64,000 bases of DNA from Macrostomum lignano (lineage: Eukaryota). Position 1 is the stretch's first letter. Each line of letters begins with the position of its first letter. The notes under the pieces were generated by a model, which worked only from the letters and a program-made list of their open reading frames with translations, was not told the DNA's origin and searched no databases. The position numbers were made by a program, and so were the translations under genes. Of this stretch, positions 40,401 to 51,791 are shown one piece after another. The stretch is taken from assembly GCA_002269645.1 (NCBI GenBank), contig NIVC01000112.1, positions 206,520-270,519 of the forward strand, given 5' to 3'.

Positions 40401-42588
40401 CCCAGCAACAGGATCTGGGAGGCTGGTGGCTCAGCAACTGAGGATCTGGGAGGCTGGCCCAGCAACTGATGATCTGGGAGGCTGGCCCAGCAACTGATGA
40501 TCTGGGAGGCTGGCCCAGCAACTGAGGATCTGGGAGGCTGGTGGCCCAGCAACTGAGGATCTGGGAGGCTGGTGGCTCAGCAACTGAGGATCTGGGAGGC
40601 TGGCCCAGCAACTGAGGATCTGGGAGGCTGTCCCAGCAACTGAGGATCTGGGAGGCTGGCCCAGCAACAGAGGATCTGGGAGGCTGGCCCAGCAACTGAG
40701 GATCTGAGAGGCTGGTGGCTCAGCAACTGAGGATCTGGAAGGGCATCGGCTCCATCTGAAGATTAGCGACATCGCAGGCCAGACACCAATGGCATTGCTG
40801 TAAACCCCGACCCTGACCTGCACTAGCGCCGCCGCATTGAGCCGAGCCAGTCGCAGAAACATGTCGGCCTTGGTGGAAGTGACGAAATCTGCCGCCCCGG
40901 CGTCGTCGTCCAGCTGATGCTGGAAGATGGAGTCGAACACGGAGCGCACCAGCGGAGTGACGGTGGCCTTGGTGTCGGCCGACTGTGCCGCCTGCTGCGG
41001 CTTGGCCTGCACAATCCGGCGATGACGCCGAGGTTGCGGACGCCGCTCCGGCGCTCGAGACCTGCGATCCCGGCGTCCGGTCGGTCGATCGACATTTTCC
41101 TGGTCGGCTTCTTCGCTGTCGGCATCTTCGTTGAGTCCTCCGAGCTCAACCAGGGTCTGCATGCAGGGCTGCCGCATCAGCTCCGTGCCCTCTTCATCGT
41201 CCATTGCCCGGACCTGCTCGATGAGGAAGCTGGCGTGCGATTGAACCGCATCGGCGCTGATGGGCGCCACCAACTCAAGCAACTCCTCGTATTCCACGGC
41301 CTCCTCTTTGCGACTGTCGTCTAGCAGGCACTCGGTGACGCGCTTGGTTAGGTGGATTTTTTCCAGGGCCGACTCCATCAGGAACCTGCGGGTGCGTGGG
41401 CGTCATGCCGAGATGCTTTCATTGAGGACCTTTGGGATTTCAGATTCCAATCCGGATCCGGGATCTCCTATTGGGATTTGAGGATTCCAATCTGGGATTT
41501 CAGATTCCAATCCGGATCCGGGGATCTCCTATTGGGATTTGAGGACCCCAATCTGGGATTTCAGGACCCCAATCTGGGATTTGAGGATTCTAATCTGGGA
41601 TTTGAGGATTCGAATCTGGGATTTGAGGATTCCAATATGGGATTTGAGGATTCCAATCTGGGATTTGAGGACCACAATCTGGGATTTGAGGACCCCAATC
41701 TGGGATTTGAGGACTCCAATCTGGGATTTAAGGATCTCAAGCTAGGATTTGAGGACCACAATTTGAATTTTAGGACCACAATCTGGGATTTGAGGACCAC
41801 AATCTGGGATTTGAGGACCCCAATCTGGGATTTGAGGACTCCAATCTGGGATTTAAGGATCTCAAGCTAGGATTTGAGGACCACAATCTGGGATTTTAGG
41901 ACCACAATCTGAGATTTGAGGACCACAATCTGGGATTTGAGGACCCCAATCTAGAATTTGAGGATTTTTTAGGATCTGGGATTTAAAGCCACCCGCATAC
42001 TGACCCCTCTCACCTGTATTCCGAGTGCGGCTTAGCCAGAATATACTCGCCATACACGGTGCTGAAGCCCACAATGGCCCTCTGGCCGCCGTCAAAGCCG
42101 GACAGCCACCACTCGTCGATCGGCCCCATCCGACAGCAGGCCACCATCGTCGAGCCGGCCGCCTCCTCGTCTTCAACAGCGGCGTAGACGGGCACAAGCA
42201 GGCCGCTGAAGTACAGCTCGACATTGTCTTCAATCAGCCCGGTGTCGAACGGGCACAGGTGGCCGGCCGGGCAGTACACGGAGAAGTCCGTCAGCTTCTG
42301 CTGCGGCCGGGCGTCGGCTTCGTCAGACAGGACGGAGCCCTCGGACACCAGCGACAAGGCCGGGTGGGTCAGGGCCACGCACTCCTCCTGGGCGTCGGGT
42401 CTTTCGTTGCGAAATTGCACGGCGTCGTCTAGAAATTGCTTGCAGTATCGACAGCGGGTGTTGCTGCTTCCGGAAGCAGAAAGGTTGCTGCCAGTCTTCT
42501 GCTTTTGCTGCGATCGGCGCTGCTTCTTAGCGGCATTATTGCTGCTTGGCGACAACTGACCATTGGTCAGCTTTCGTTTCTTACTCAT
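31404..42588 (-). CDS. DNMT1: DNA (cytosine-5) methyltransferase 1, 8 exons, 1296 aa (RFTS, BAH1, BAH2, C5-MTase)
   Basis: Exons 42588-42014, 41385-40818, 40332-39918, 38794-38253, 37074-36697, 35571-35088, 33002-32530, 31859-31404 total 3891 nt in frame, all GT-AG. RFTS: [41 protein letters not shown]1: [23 protein letters not shown]. Motifs [81 protein letters not shown]1-specific [25 protein letters not shown]. Confidence 0.96.
31910..32465. repeat. 22-bp minisatellite, DNMT1 intron 7
   Basis: GAGCATCAGGGCGATTCTCAGT. Confidence 0.92.
33065..35058. repeat. Two related polypurine minisatellites, DNMT1 intron 6
   Basis: 33065-34130 GAGACAGGGTGAGAGG / GGGGATGAG; 34440-35058 GACAGGGTGAGATAAGACAC. 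Confidence 0.88.
35612..36690. repeat. 29/32-bp minisatellite, DNMT1 intron 5
   Basis: ATCATCTGACAATAAGGTCTGACTC(ATC)ATAG. Confidence 0.92.
37100..38222. repeat. 36-bp grading to 18-bp minisatellite, DNMT1 intron 4
   Basis: GTGAATGTGGAGAGATTGGTGAATGCAAGCAGATTG then GTGAATGTGAGGAGATTA. Confidence 0.92.
38818..39850. repeat. 20-bp minisatellite, DNMT1 intron 3
   Basis: GTCAATCATCAACT(G/T)GGTCT switching to ATCAATCATCAACCGGATGT near 39550. Confidence 0.93.
40355..40742. repeat. ~28-bp minisatellite, DNMT1 intron 2
   Basis: GATCTGGGAGGCTGGCCCAGCAACTGAG variants. Confidence 0.9.
41430..41985. repeat. 21-bp minisatellite, DNMT1 intron 1
   Basis: AATCTGGGATTTGAGGACCCC variants. Confidence 0.9.
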
Positions 42589-45315
42589 TTGATTTGGAGA
42601 TAAACAAACTTTTATTTAAATTTTAAACTTTCTATGGTGCTTGCGCTTCAAAGATACGTGTGGAGCTGCAATAGTAAGGGGAAATCAGCCACAATCAGTC
42701 TATGATAATTAGTTGGAATTTTTAGTATATGGGCTAGCAATCTAATGCCCCCTTTGGGGCGCCCAATAAGCAAAGAGAAATCAGGGTTTAGGTAAGGTTT
42801 GTGTTAGGGTTAGGGACTAGGGTTTAGGAATTGGGGTCTAAGATAGGTTTTACACAAGGTTTAAGTTAAGGTTAGGGTTTAGAAATTAGGGTCTAAGATA
42901 GGATAGAATTTAGGTTATAGGCTTGGCGTAAGAAAGAAATAAGTAAGTAGTGTAGGTAGGGGGGTCCAAAAATACATCCTCCATTTTGATGATTTATAGG
43001 AAAAAAAATAAAAAAAAACAAAATAAAGCAGCTTAGATTTAGCAAAATTGCCCAAAAATTGGTATATTTCACTCATAAATTACTATTAAAATGTTCTAAA
43101 TGATGTTTCTGCAAATCACTAATTCTTAAAATGCCATAGTCAGGACAGAAGTCTGTGGGCTTTATTTTGAGTTTAACAAAGTAAAGTCTTTTTGCCTAAT
43201 AAGCATGGTTTTGGTACTTTTTAAATGTATATTTTAAGCAAAAAATTGCAAAAAAACTTTTTCTTAGTCTATAATTTTGTCCTTTAAAGTTATCCCCCTT
43301 TTCAAAATCTTAGCTATGCCACTATCCTATCATATATGCAAGCATGCTGTAGATATAAGCTGAAAATTTTTCACTGTCAAATACCCTGGGATGTATGCTA
43401 ATATACATTAAAAAATAGCAACTTCCCTTATTGTACTTTGGAAATCCTAGCATATATGTTGCCTCCCAAACTATGGCCTGATCCATAGCTATTAAAAATA
43501 GGTTCTAATATTGCAACTCTAGTTCTTGACTAGGGTCTGGATTGTGTAAATTTATGCCTGAACAAGAAGCCTATTTTAGCTAAATATATGCCAAGGGCAG
43601 TGTATGTCAAAACCAAAAATGTCCCTAAAATGTACATAAACAACTCTCCTAAAAAGGTCATTCAGTTTTCACAAGTTAATTTTCCTAAAAAATGTTTTCA
43701 AATAAAGCCTTTCAAAAAATATTACATAGTAAAGTGAACTGCCACTGGTTATTTGACAGACATTTGCATAACATATTTTCCATCACTTGTCTCTTCCAGT
43801 GGCCTTCCCTTGTCCTATCTATTGCCCCATCCTTGGCCCTATCTCTTGCCTTTTTTGCCGGCCTTATTTTGCTTGTTCTGTGTTTTCTGCAGCCCCATCT
43901 ATTGCTCCAACCATTTCCCCTGCACTTGCCCTATCTTTTACCCTATCTGTTGCCCCATATATGGATCTAATGTTTTTGCTTACTATTTATAAGGCCTGGT
44001 CCGGGCCGCACGGTTCTTATGCCTCTTTTTTCCTTGCAACTTTTAATATTTTATCACTTTTTATTTTAATACCTTGCTTGACTAGTTTTTTTTAATTGTA
44101 CATATGCTCAACATTAATCTGTATTAACTTACTTAGCCCTTGTTAATAATATTTATATTGCACCACGGCATAGGTGGAGCCCTTGTTTGTAGCTGATTAC
44201 ACCTATTTAACTTACATTTATTGAACAATACTTAATAAAACAATATTTATCTTCATTAATTAATTGAAGCCCATAGCTTTATATTGAGTCATTTGCTTGC
44301 AGGACATAAAATAACCAATTAATCTCAGCTCTGAACCAGTTCTGAGAATTCAATGTTCCATAATACATAATTACTGTGATAGCAATGCTACTCTATAGTG
44401 TACTAAAAGTAACCAACTTAGCAAATTGGCATATCTTGAATTTCTAGTGTCTAAGGACCCAAACTAAACAACTATGCCTAACAAAGACTGCTAGACTACA
44501 ACAATAACTACCTTCCCTTGGAATTGAAGACCTGGCAGATGGAGTATTTAAGAGGAAATCTGTTGAGATTTGATTGTACAATTTTCTAGATTTATTTATG
44601 TAAAATCAACATTAGCAGAAACTAAGAATTGAACTGCCCCATATTATTGGTGTCAGCAAATCATTAACCAACTGCCATTTTTTTCTTTACCCCTACTTCA
44701 ATTACAAATATTTTTATCTTTAACAAACTTTAATTATACTTATAAAATAATGATGCAAAATTTGTTTTTTAGTAATAACATACAAATATTATTTGTTGTT
44801 AATTTTAAAGAAGCAAAAAGTTTAATACTGATTTTTTAGACTAGGCCTAAGCCTAAACAAAAATTCTTTTTCATATTGTGACAAGGCTCTTGGCTCTGTC
44901 TTTCTAAACTCCTAACTATTGATGCTAGTGCTTATTAAATATCCCACGAGCTGCCACCAAAGTTGTGACAGGGGTTTTTCTTCTTACTGAAATTTCTACT
45001 GCTGACACTAAATTCTGCCTTAATATTTCTAACTGTTTCTTAGAATATATTTCTGGGTAGCATTCTTGTAGTGTTCTCCTACCAATCTATACAATTAGTA
45101 TACAAAAATGATTAAGTTTATATTTGGTGTAGTCTTTTTCTACATATAGTTACAATAGCTAATTTTTGATCAGAAAGAATAGCTGGCCTTTATGAAAAAT
45201 CGGATTCAAACTAAATTTAAAAACCCAGATTGAACTTTTCTAAGAAGTTAAAAGTAAAACGAAAATAGTAAAAATGAACAACTTCTATACAGTTTTGTTA
45301 AAAATTATTGATAAA

Positions 45316-47360
45316 AATTTGCACAGCTGTTTTATGCATGTCTCTGCTTTAAAAAGACACCTCAGACGCACATAAAGACACTTCACAAGCTGAGATATTC
45401 CCTAGCAACTGTTGTTATGACATTTTCCAATATACCAAATACTGTATATAGTAGTTTTTTGAGAAGCCGCTACATTGTCCCACATTGGTCTTTCTACATG
45501 AAATTTGCACAGCTGTTTTACGCATGTCTCTGCTTTAAAAAGACACCTTAAACACACACAAAGACACTTCACAAGCTGAGATATTCCCTAGCAAATGTTG
45601 TTATCACGTTTCCCAATATACCAAATACATATTGTAGTTCAGCCTAGACATCGCTGATCACTGATCAAGCCTCGACAATGGGCAAACCTCAACTGCTAGG
45701 TATCCTCAGCTAGTCTCCTTGAGCACTCCGTCATCATCCAGATGCCGTTGGCACCTTCAATAGATTACACCATGTGACTATGTATATGAACAGCCAGATA
45801 AGAATTTTTCTAGTTTTGCTGATCAAGCCATGAAAATGGGCAAGCCTCAACTTTTGGACACCCTCAGCTAGTCTTTCTAGCATTCCATCACCACTCCAAC
45901 ACTGTCGGCACCTTCAACAGGTGGCATCAGATGACTATGGACATCCTTTTGCAACTATGTCTGGTTTTTCTTATCAAGCTTCAATAATGTGCAATCTGTA
46001 ACTCCAGTTTATTCTCAGCTAGAGTCGCAAACAGTCTATAATCACCCAACGTAATTATGTAAACATGATGAGGTAATTTGTTAATTAAACTAAATTGAAC
46101 AGAATATTCACAAAAAAAGAACTAAAAATTACCAAATTTTCCGTGTGGAATGAAGATAAAGTCACAATATACTAAATATCTAAGTCTTTAGTCTTAAAAG
46201 TTACTATTTGTTTAAAAATAAAAAAATCATACTTCTGGGTGTCCATGGTCATGGTTTTGTCTCCTTGAAGGTGCCAATGACTGCAAAATGACGACAGAAT
46301 GCTTGAGAAACTAGTTAAGGATGCCTAGCAGTTGAGGTTTGCCAATTATTGAAGCTTGATAAAAAATCTAGCATATTTGCATTATAGTATCCATAGTCAG
46401 CTGGTGTAATCCGTTGAAGGTGCCGACGGCGTCCGGGTGATGACTGAATGCTCGAGAGACTAGCTGAGGATGTCCAGCAGTTGAGGCTTGCCCACTCTGT
46501 CGAGGCTTGATCAGCAAAACTAGCTGAGAAATTTGAACAGAGTGTCCATATACATGTAGACACCTGTTGCAACTTGTTGAAGGTCCAGAAGCTCTGCCTG
46601 GGTGAAGGCTAATCACCAACGAAGTCAAATAAATCTGATGCCAGCACATGTGGTCGATATGCTGACAAAATTTGGAGACTTGGCAAGGCTGCACTGAGGC
46701 GCAGTGCTTATTGGCGCACAGGGTGTAATATACTAGGCCTAGCACTTATGGGAAATCCGACCATCTGCAGGCAAAATAATTAAATATCTTGATGGTCTAG
46801 AAGGCTTGATTCTTGTTTGAGAAGGTGCATAGCAAAAAGTGAGCCGCATGTTCTTGAACTTCATGCCCCTGCATTGCTCCATGTTGGCGCATCAAAAAAT
46901 GTCAGGGATAGGCCTAGGGGATTCCCTGTTCTATTGTTAATACAATAATATTATTATATAGTAATAAAAGTACTACAGTAATACGATTGTTATAATCTTA
47001 TTATCATTATTAATAGTAATAATTTCAATAATAGTATTAATAATATTGTAATAATAATACATTTGGTATTTTAAGAAAACATCGTAACAACAGTTGCTAG
47101 GGAATATCTCAGCTTGTGAAGTGTCTTTGTGTGTGTTTAAGGTGTCTTTTTAAAGCAGAGACATGTATAAAACAGCTATGCAAATTTCATGTAGAAAGAC
47201 CAATGTGGGACAATGTAGCGGCTTCTCAAAAAACTACTATATACAGTATTTGGTATATTGGAAAACGTCATAACAACAGTTGCTAGGGAATATCTCAGCT
47301 TGTGAAGCGTCTTTGTGTGTGTCTGAGGCGTCTTTTTAAAGCAGAGACATGCGTAAAAAT
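45316..47360. mobile_element. ~2 kb imperfect palindrome / foldback-like element with tandemly subrepeated arms
   Basis: 45316-45634 is the reverse complement of about 47056-47360, each arm being two ~180 bp units. Inner ~150 bp units at 45650-46010 recur inverted at 46255-46640. No coding capacity or TSD identified. Confidence 0.6.
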
Positions 47361-49127
47361 GTCTAAAAATTTACACTGTCTTGTGTACTAAATAGTAAAT
47401 TTTGTTAAACAATTACTGAGCGATTTCTGAATGTCTGTCAGAATGTCTGTTGGGAAACCAATACATGAAAAGTTTAGCATTAGGCCTAGTACTTTCAGTG
47501 CTCTATAAAAAGACAAAACATAATCTTACAAAGGCAATCAAGTGTTTCTTTTATTTTCTAACTTAATTTGCAGTTGTTTAAGCACCAAGTTATCTTCTTG
47601 ATTTAAAATATTTTGTTTTCTAGACTTTTTGTTAAAACTACAGCTACGGCTATGGGAACTATGCGAGTATGGTAATATTGGGGTCCCTTTGGCTATGGAA
47701 TGCAGAGAATTGGAATAACCCGTAGTTTTGCTTACAGCTACGGCTACGGCACATGGACCCTCCTTACGGCCCCGGGCGGAACACTACAATATAAAATATG
47801 CCTAAAACCTTTTCTTTTACACACAGCATTTATATAGTGCACATGGCCTAAAGAAGCAAAGTACGATTGCTTGTTGCTTACAAAACGCCTACCATTAGAA
47901 CCTTGCTTAACGATAGGTGGTGTCCATCCAGGAAAGGAGGCAGGAGGTCAGGCAGGTAAATTATTAAATAACGTTTTATTAATCCATTAGAGGGCTAGTC
48001 GGCGGCAAGTTCTACAGTTCTTGGAAAGCAATTTACATTAAAAAACCCTTTGTTTATAACAAATGATGACATTAATAAAGCAAAACAGACATTAATAAGT
48101 TTCTGTTTTCCCAGTATTTTATGTTTTAAATGTTTTCTGCTGCACATTCGGTGTATTCTTAAATTTAATCGACAATAACCAGGAACCCGTGCTAAATAGA
48201 ATTAAGAGCAACGTTATATAGCTTGAAGCTATCAGTCGGGATCACCGGATCAGTGCTCTTAACTAGGAGTACATGAATTTTGCGTGCTGTTAATTTCAAG
48301 AGTAAAGATTTAGGGGTTATGAGTTGACACAAGGAGGCACCTACGCAGGAGTTGATCGAGTGGAATTCGTAAGACTCAAATTCAGCCTCTTGAAACCGCG
48401 TACTACGTTGACGAGATCGAGTTAGGATTAAGTAGTGGAGTGTGCTCGCTCCTTTAGAACACGCCTAAGAATAACGCCTAAAGGTGAACTCCTATAACTC
48501 CTAGCTCTCAACTAATTCCGAACTCAACTAATTCTTCGAACTACGATCGTAATACTTTTGCACCTTTACATACCAGTATGTTTATGAGCTCTGTTTAAGT
48601 TTCACCAAGGTCGTATCGTCTGATCTCGCTCTCTTTAAAGAGCCTCCTACAGCACATAAAATTCGCTCTTGATTCTATCGCACCATAATGCCATCTAGAA
48701 GCTAGTAGTTAGAAAAACTCCTGAAGATTTATATGTACAATGTAATTGTGTCGAGTGCATGTTTTCTACGCGGGCCAGAACAAAAATATCACACTTAGGG
48801 ACGCATGATTAAGCGCGCATAACATAAGCGCGCATTTTTAACTGCTCTCAGTGACACAAGCGCGCACTGGCACAAGCGCGCATCTTAAATGCATGAGTCT
48901 GGCACAAGCGCACATTTAAAATGCATGAGTCTGGCCCAAGCGCACATTTAAAATGCATGAGTCTGGCACAAGCGCACATTGTAGACGCATCAATATCTGA
49001 ATGCTGCATTTCGACGTACAAGAAAAGCTGCGGCTGCGCCTTATCAGCCCCGTCGATCATTTCTGACACTGGTGTCACACGTTATCGAGGTGGTGGCCAC
49101 CGTTCGCCCGGCGTCATCGCCGGACCA

Positions 49128-49619
49128 TCAGCTGCAGCCAGTGCCGGACCATCAGCTGCAGCCAGTGCCGGACCATCAGCTGCAGCCAGTGCCGGACCAT
49201 CAGCTGCAGCCAGTGCCGGACCATCAGCTGCAGCCAGTGCCGGACCATCAGCTGCAGCCAGTTGCCGCGGACCATCAGCTGCAGCCAGTGCCGGACCATC
49301 AGCTGCAGCCAGTGCCGCGGACCATCAGCTGCAGCCAGTGCCGGACCATCAGCTGCAGCCAGTGCCGGACCATCAGCTGCAGCCAGTGCCGGACCATCAG
49401 CTGCAGCCAGTGCCGGACCATCAGCTGCAGCCAGTGCCGGACCATCAGCTGCAGCCAGTGCCGGACCATCAGCTGCAGCCAGTTGCCGCGGACCATCAGC
49501 TGCAGCCAGTGCCGGACCATCAGCTGCAGCCAGTGCCGCGGACCATCAGCTGCAGCCAGTGCCGGACCATCAGCTGCAGCCAGTGCCGGACCATCAGCTG
49601 CAGCCAGTGCCGGACCATC
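49128..49619. repeat. 24-bp GC-rich array inside the 8-bp-TSD element
   Basis: CCGGACCATCAGCTGCAGCCAGTG, ~20 copies. Confidence 0.92.
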
Positions 49620-49834
49620 AAAACCCGGCCTCAGACTTGCATAACATGTTGTTCTATTCTTAGCTATACTGAACATTTTGCCATTTTTAATCGCAACATT
49701 TTAACATTTTGAATGTGAACATTTTAACATTTTAAGTCTGAACATCTCGTAACTTTGGGAAAAATAAATATAGAGAAAATAAAGCTTCCTGACTTTGTGC
49801 CGGGCCATCAGCTTCGTGACTTTGTGCCGGATGT

Positions 49835-50050
49835 CTCAGCCGTAAAAATGGCCTGCGCGCTTATGTCTCAGCCGTAGAAATGGCCTGCGCGCTTATGTCT
49901 CAGCCGTAAAAATGGCCTGCGCGCTTATGTCTCAGCCGTAGAAATGGCCTGCGCGCTTATGTCTCAGCCGTAGAAATGGCCTGCGCGCTTATGTCTCAGC
50001 CGTAAAAATGGCCTGCGCGCTTATGTCTCAGCCGTAAAAATGGCCTGCGT
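49835..50050. repeat. 32-bp subterminal array inside the 8-bp-TSD element
   Basis: GTCTCAGCCGTAGAAATGGCCTGCGCGCTTAT. Confidence 0.9.
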
Positions 50051-50527
50051 CATAAAGTCACTGTGGTTTTTGCGCGCTTGTGCCTGTGCGCGCTTATTTC
50101 CACACTTGCCAAAAAATACACATCCGCACTTATGTCACGCGCGCTTATTCAGCCCTCCACACACTTATATCTTTCTCATGGTTCAACAGTTCAACAGTTC
50201 AACAGTTCAACAAAATCAATATGGAATTTAGACGTCTCAATACGCAATTTCGTTATTCCAATTTCAGAACACCATTTAAAGTTTTTATTAATTTAGACAC
50301 GCCAGACATCGAGTTTATAGCCGCTAATAGTACAATATTGACAGCGGCAATCCAATTTAGACAGACTCACTCTCGATGTCTTATGGTTGAAGGTAAGGGA
50401 CTGGGAAAAAATCGAATTCAAATTAGACTGCCAGAATTCTATGATGCAGCGACTACTTCAAGTGGTCCTTGATACGATCCGAGCGATATCCCCGCAACCA
50501 TGAAAAGCTGTCGACTTAAAACGGTCT

Positions 50528-51791
50528 TTAAAGTCTAGTGGTGAAGATTTCAGATCCTCTCGGGAGCGTCACAATAGGAAAAGACCTGCCCGGTGTAGTT
50601 CTGTTCAAGGCAGATGGAGCGGCTTCCTTATTTATACAAGGCAGACAGCGACAACTAAAGAGCCTCAGAAATCTCTGTCGATAGTTCGGGCTCTTCCACA
50701 ACAGGAGAAGCCAATTGCCGCTCTGGTTGAACAGAATCAGGGCTTGGCTCACTTGCGAGATGTTCAGCAGAGCTCGCAGTAGCTGTGCATCAGCTTCGGT
50801 CTCATACTCACTGATGATTTGTACGGCTAAAATGGTCAAGGCGCTGGGCAGAGAGCACACAGTGAGCAGGACTGACATGGCGACGCACACGATCGTGTTG
50901 GTCATCGTGTCCCTCTCGTCAGCAGCTGTCGTGAGCGACGCCGACAGCTGACGTCGTTGGCGCAGGATGGCGACCAGCTTGCAGGCCAGGTAGGAGTTTG
51001 TGAGCAGCACGCAGAATATCGGCAAGGTTGGCGGGTACAGAAGCAGTATCATGTATACACCAAGAAGCACTTTGGCTGCTCCAGAAATTCTCGAGAAGAC
51101 CATGCAACCGATCACCCGGGGACCGTGGGTTGAGAACCTCATTTCTTGCCAGCCGTACACCCCCAGGCAGGGGGTACTTAGGCACATCGAAACAGCCGCA
51201 ATCCAAGCGCAAACTCGCCAGGCAGTTCGATGCGATAGGCTCTAAAAATAATTATGTATTCTATATGTATCACACACATACATGTACACGTAAATCCGCG
51301 ATATACCTGGAAGCGGAACGGCATAGCCAGGCACAGAGCTCGGTCCAGCACCATCGCCAGGAAGATGCACATCGACTGCAGACTGAGCCAGTGCTGTGCA
51401 AATCGATACACAGTACACAATATGGCTGAGTTGTTGTACACGATGAAGCCAAACCGACTGCCGCTGATCCAAGGCAGTCCCGAGCGAGGAACAAGCCAAG
51501 GAAGCCGCCGATAAGCATGTAGGCGCTGTCGGCGATCGCCATGGCGCCCAGGTAGACGTTGAGTCGAGTGCGCTCGGCTCCGCGACCCAGCGTGACCCAC
51601 ACGGTGGCGCAGTTACCGAACAGACCGGACACCGTCACAAGAGGCAGCAGGAGGCCCGTCACAACTCCGTAGGCTGTGCTGATCGGACAGAAGATGTGTC
51701 GGTTCGGCGCATCGGGCCGGCAGTCCTCCAGAGCACTATCCAGACTGGTGTAGAAGATGGTTTCAGTGTACTTGGAAGAGTTGCTCAGCAT
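50528..51791 (-). pseudogene. Rhodopsin-like (class A) orphan GPCR, copy 1: one intron and a 1-nt frameshift (pseudogene or sequence error)
   Basis: Paralog of the genes at 55123 and 61230. Exon 51791-51307 is 485 nt, one short of frame; a base is missing in GCTCGGGAC near 51480 relative to paralog CGC CGC GGC CTG. 65-nt GT-AG intron 51306-51242, then exon 51241-50528. Confidence 0.8.

Larger units (their letters stand above)
48798..50159. mobile_element. Non-autonomous DNA transposon with 8-bp TSD (hAT/Merlin/P-like), 1362 bp
   Basis: Exact direct repeat CACACTTA at 48790-48797 and 50160-50167. Imperfect ~36 bp TIRs (GGACGCATGATTAAGCGCGCATAACATAAG vs reverse complement GGAGGGCTGAATAAGCGCGCGTGACATAAG). 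Inward-oriented subterminal AAGCGCGC motifs. Internal tandem arrays. Confidence 0.75.

Noticed and set aside
45064-47795. TAGTGTTC / GAACACTA (CACTA-like) motifs as possible transposon ends around the palindrome
   Set aside because: Match is only ~9 bp and the flanks show no target-site duplication.
48185-50520. Exon-like stretches at ~48185-48460 (-) and ~50295-50520 (either strand)
   Set aside because: Splice-like signals on both strands at 50295-50520, no homology recognised; cannot be supported without transcripts.
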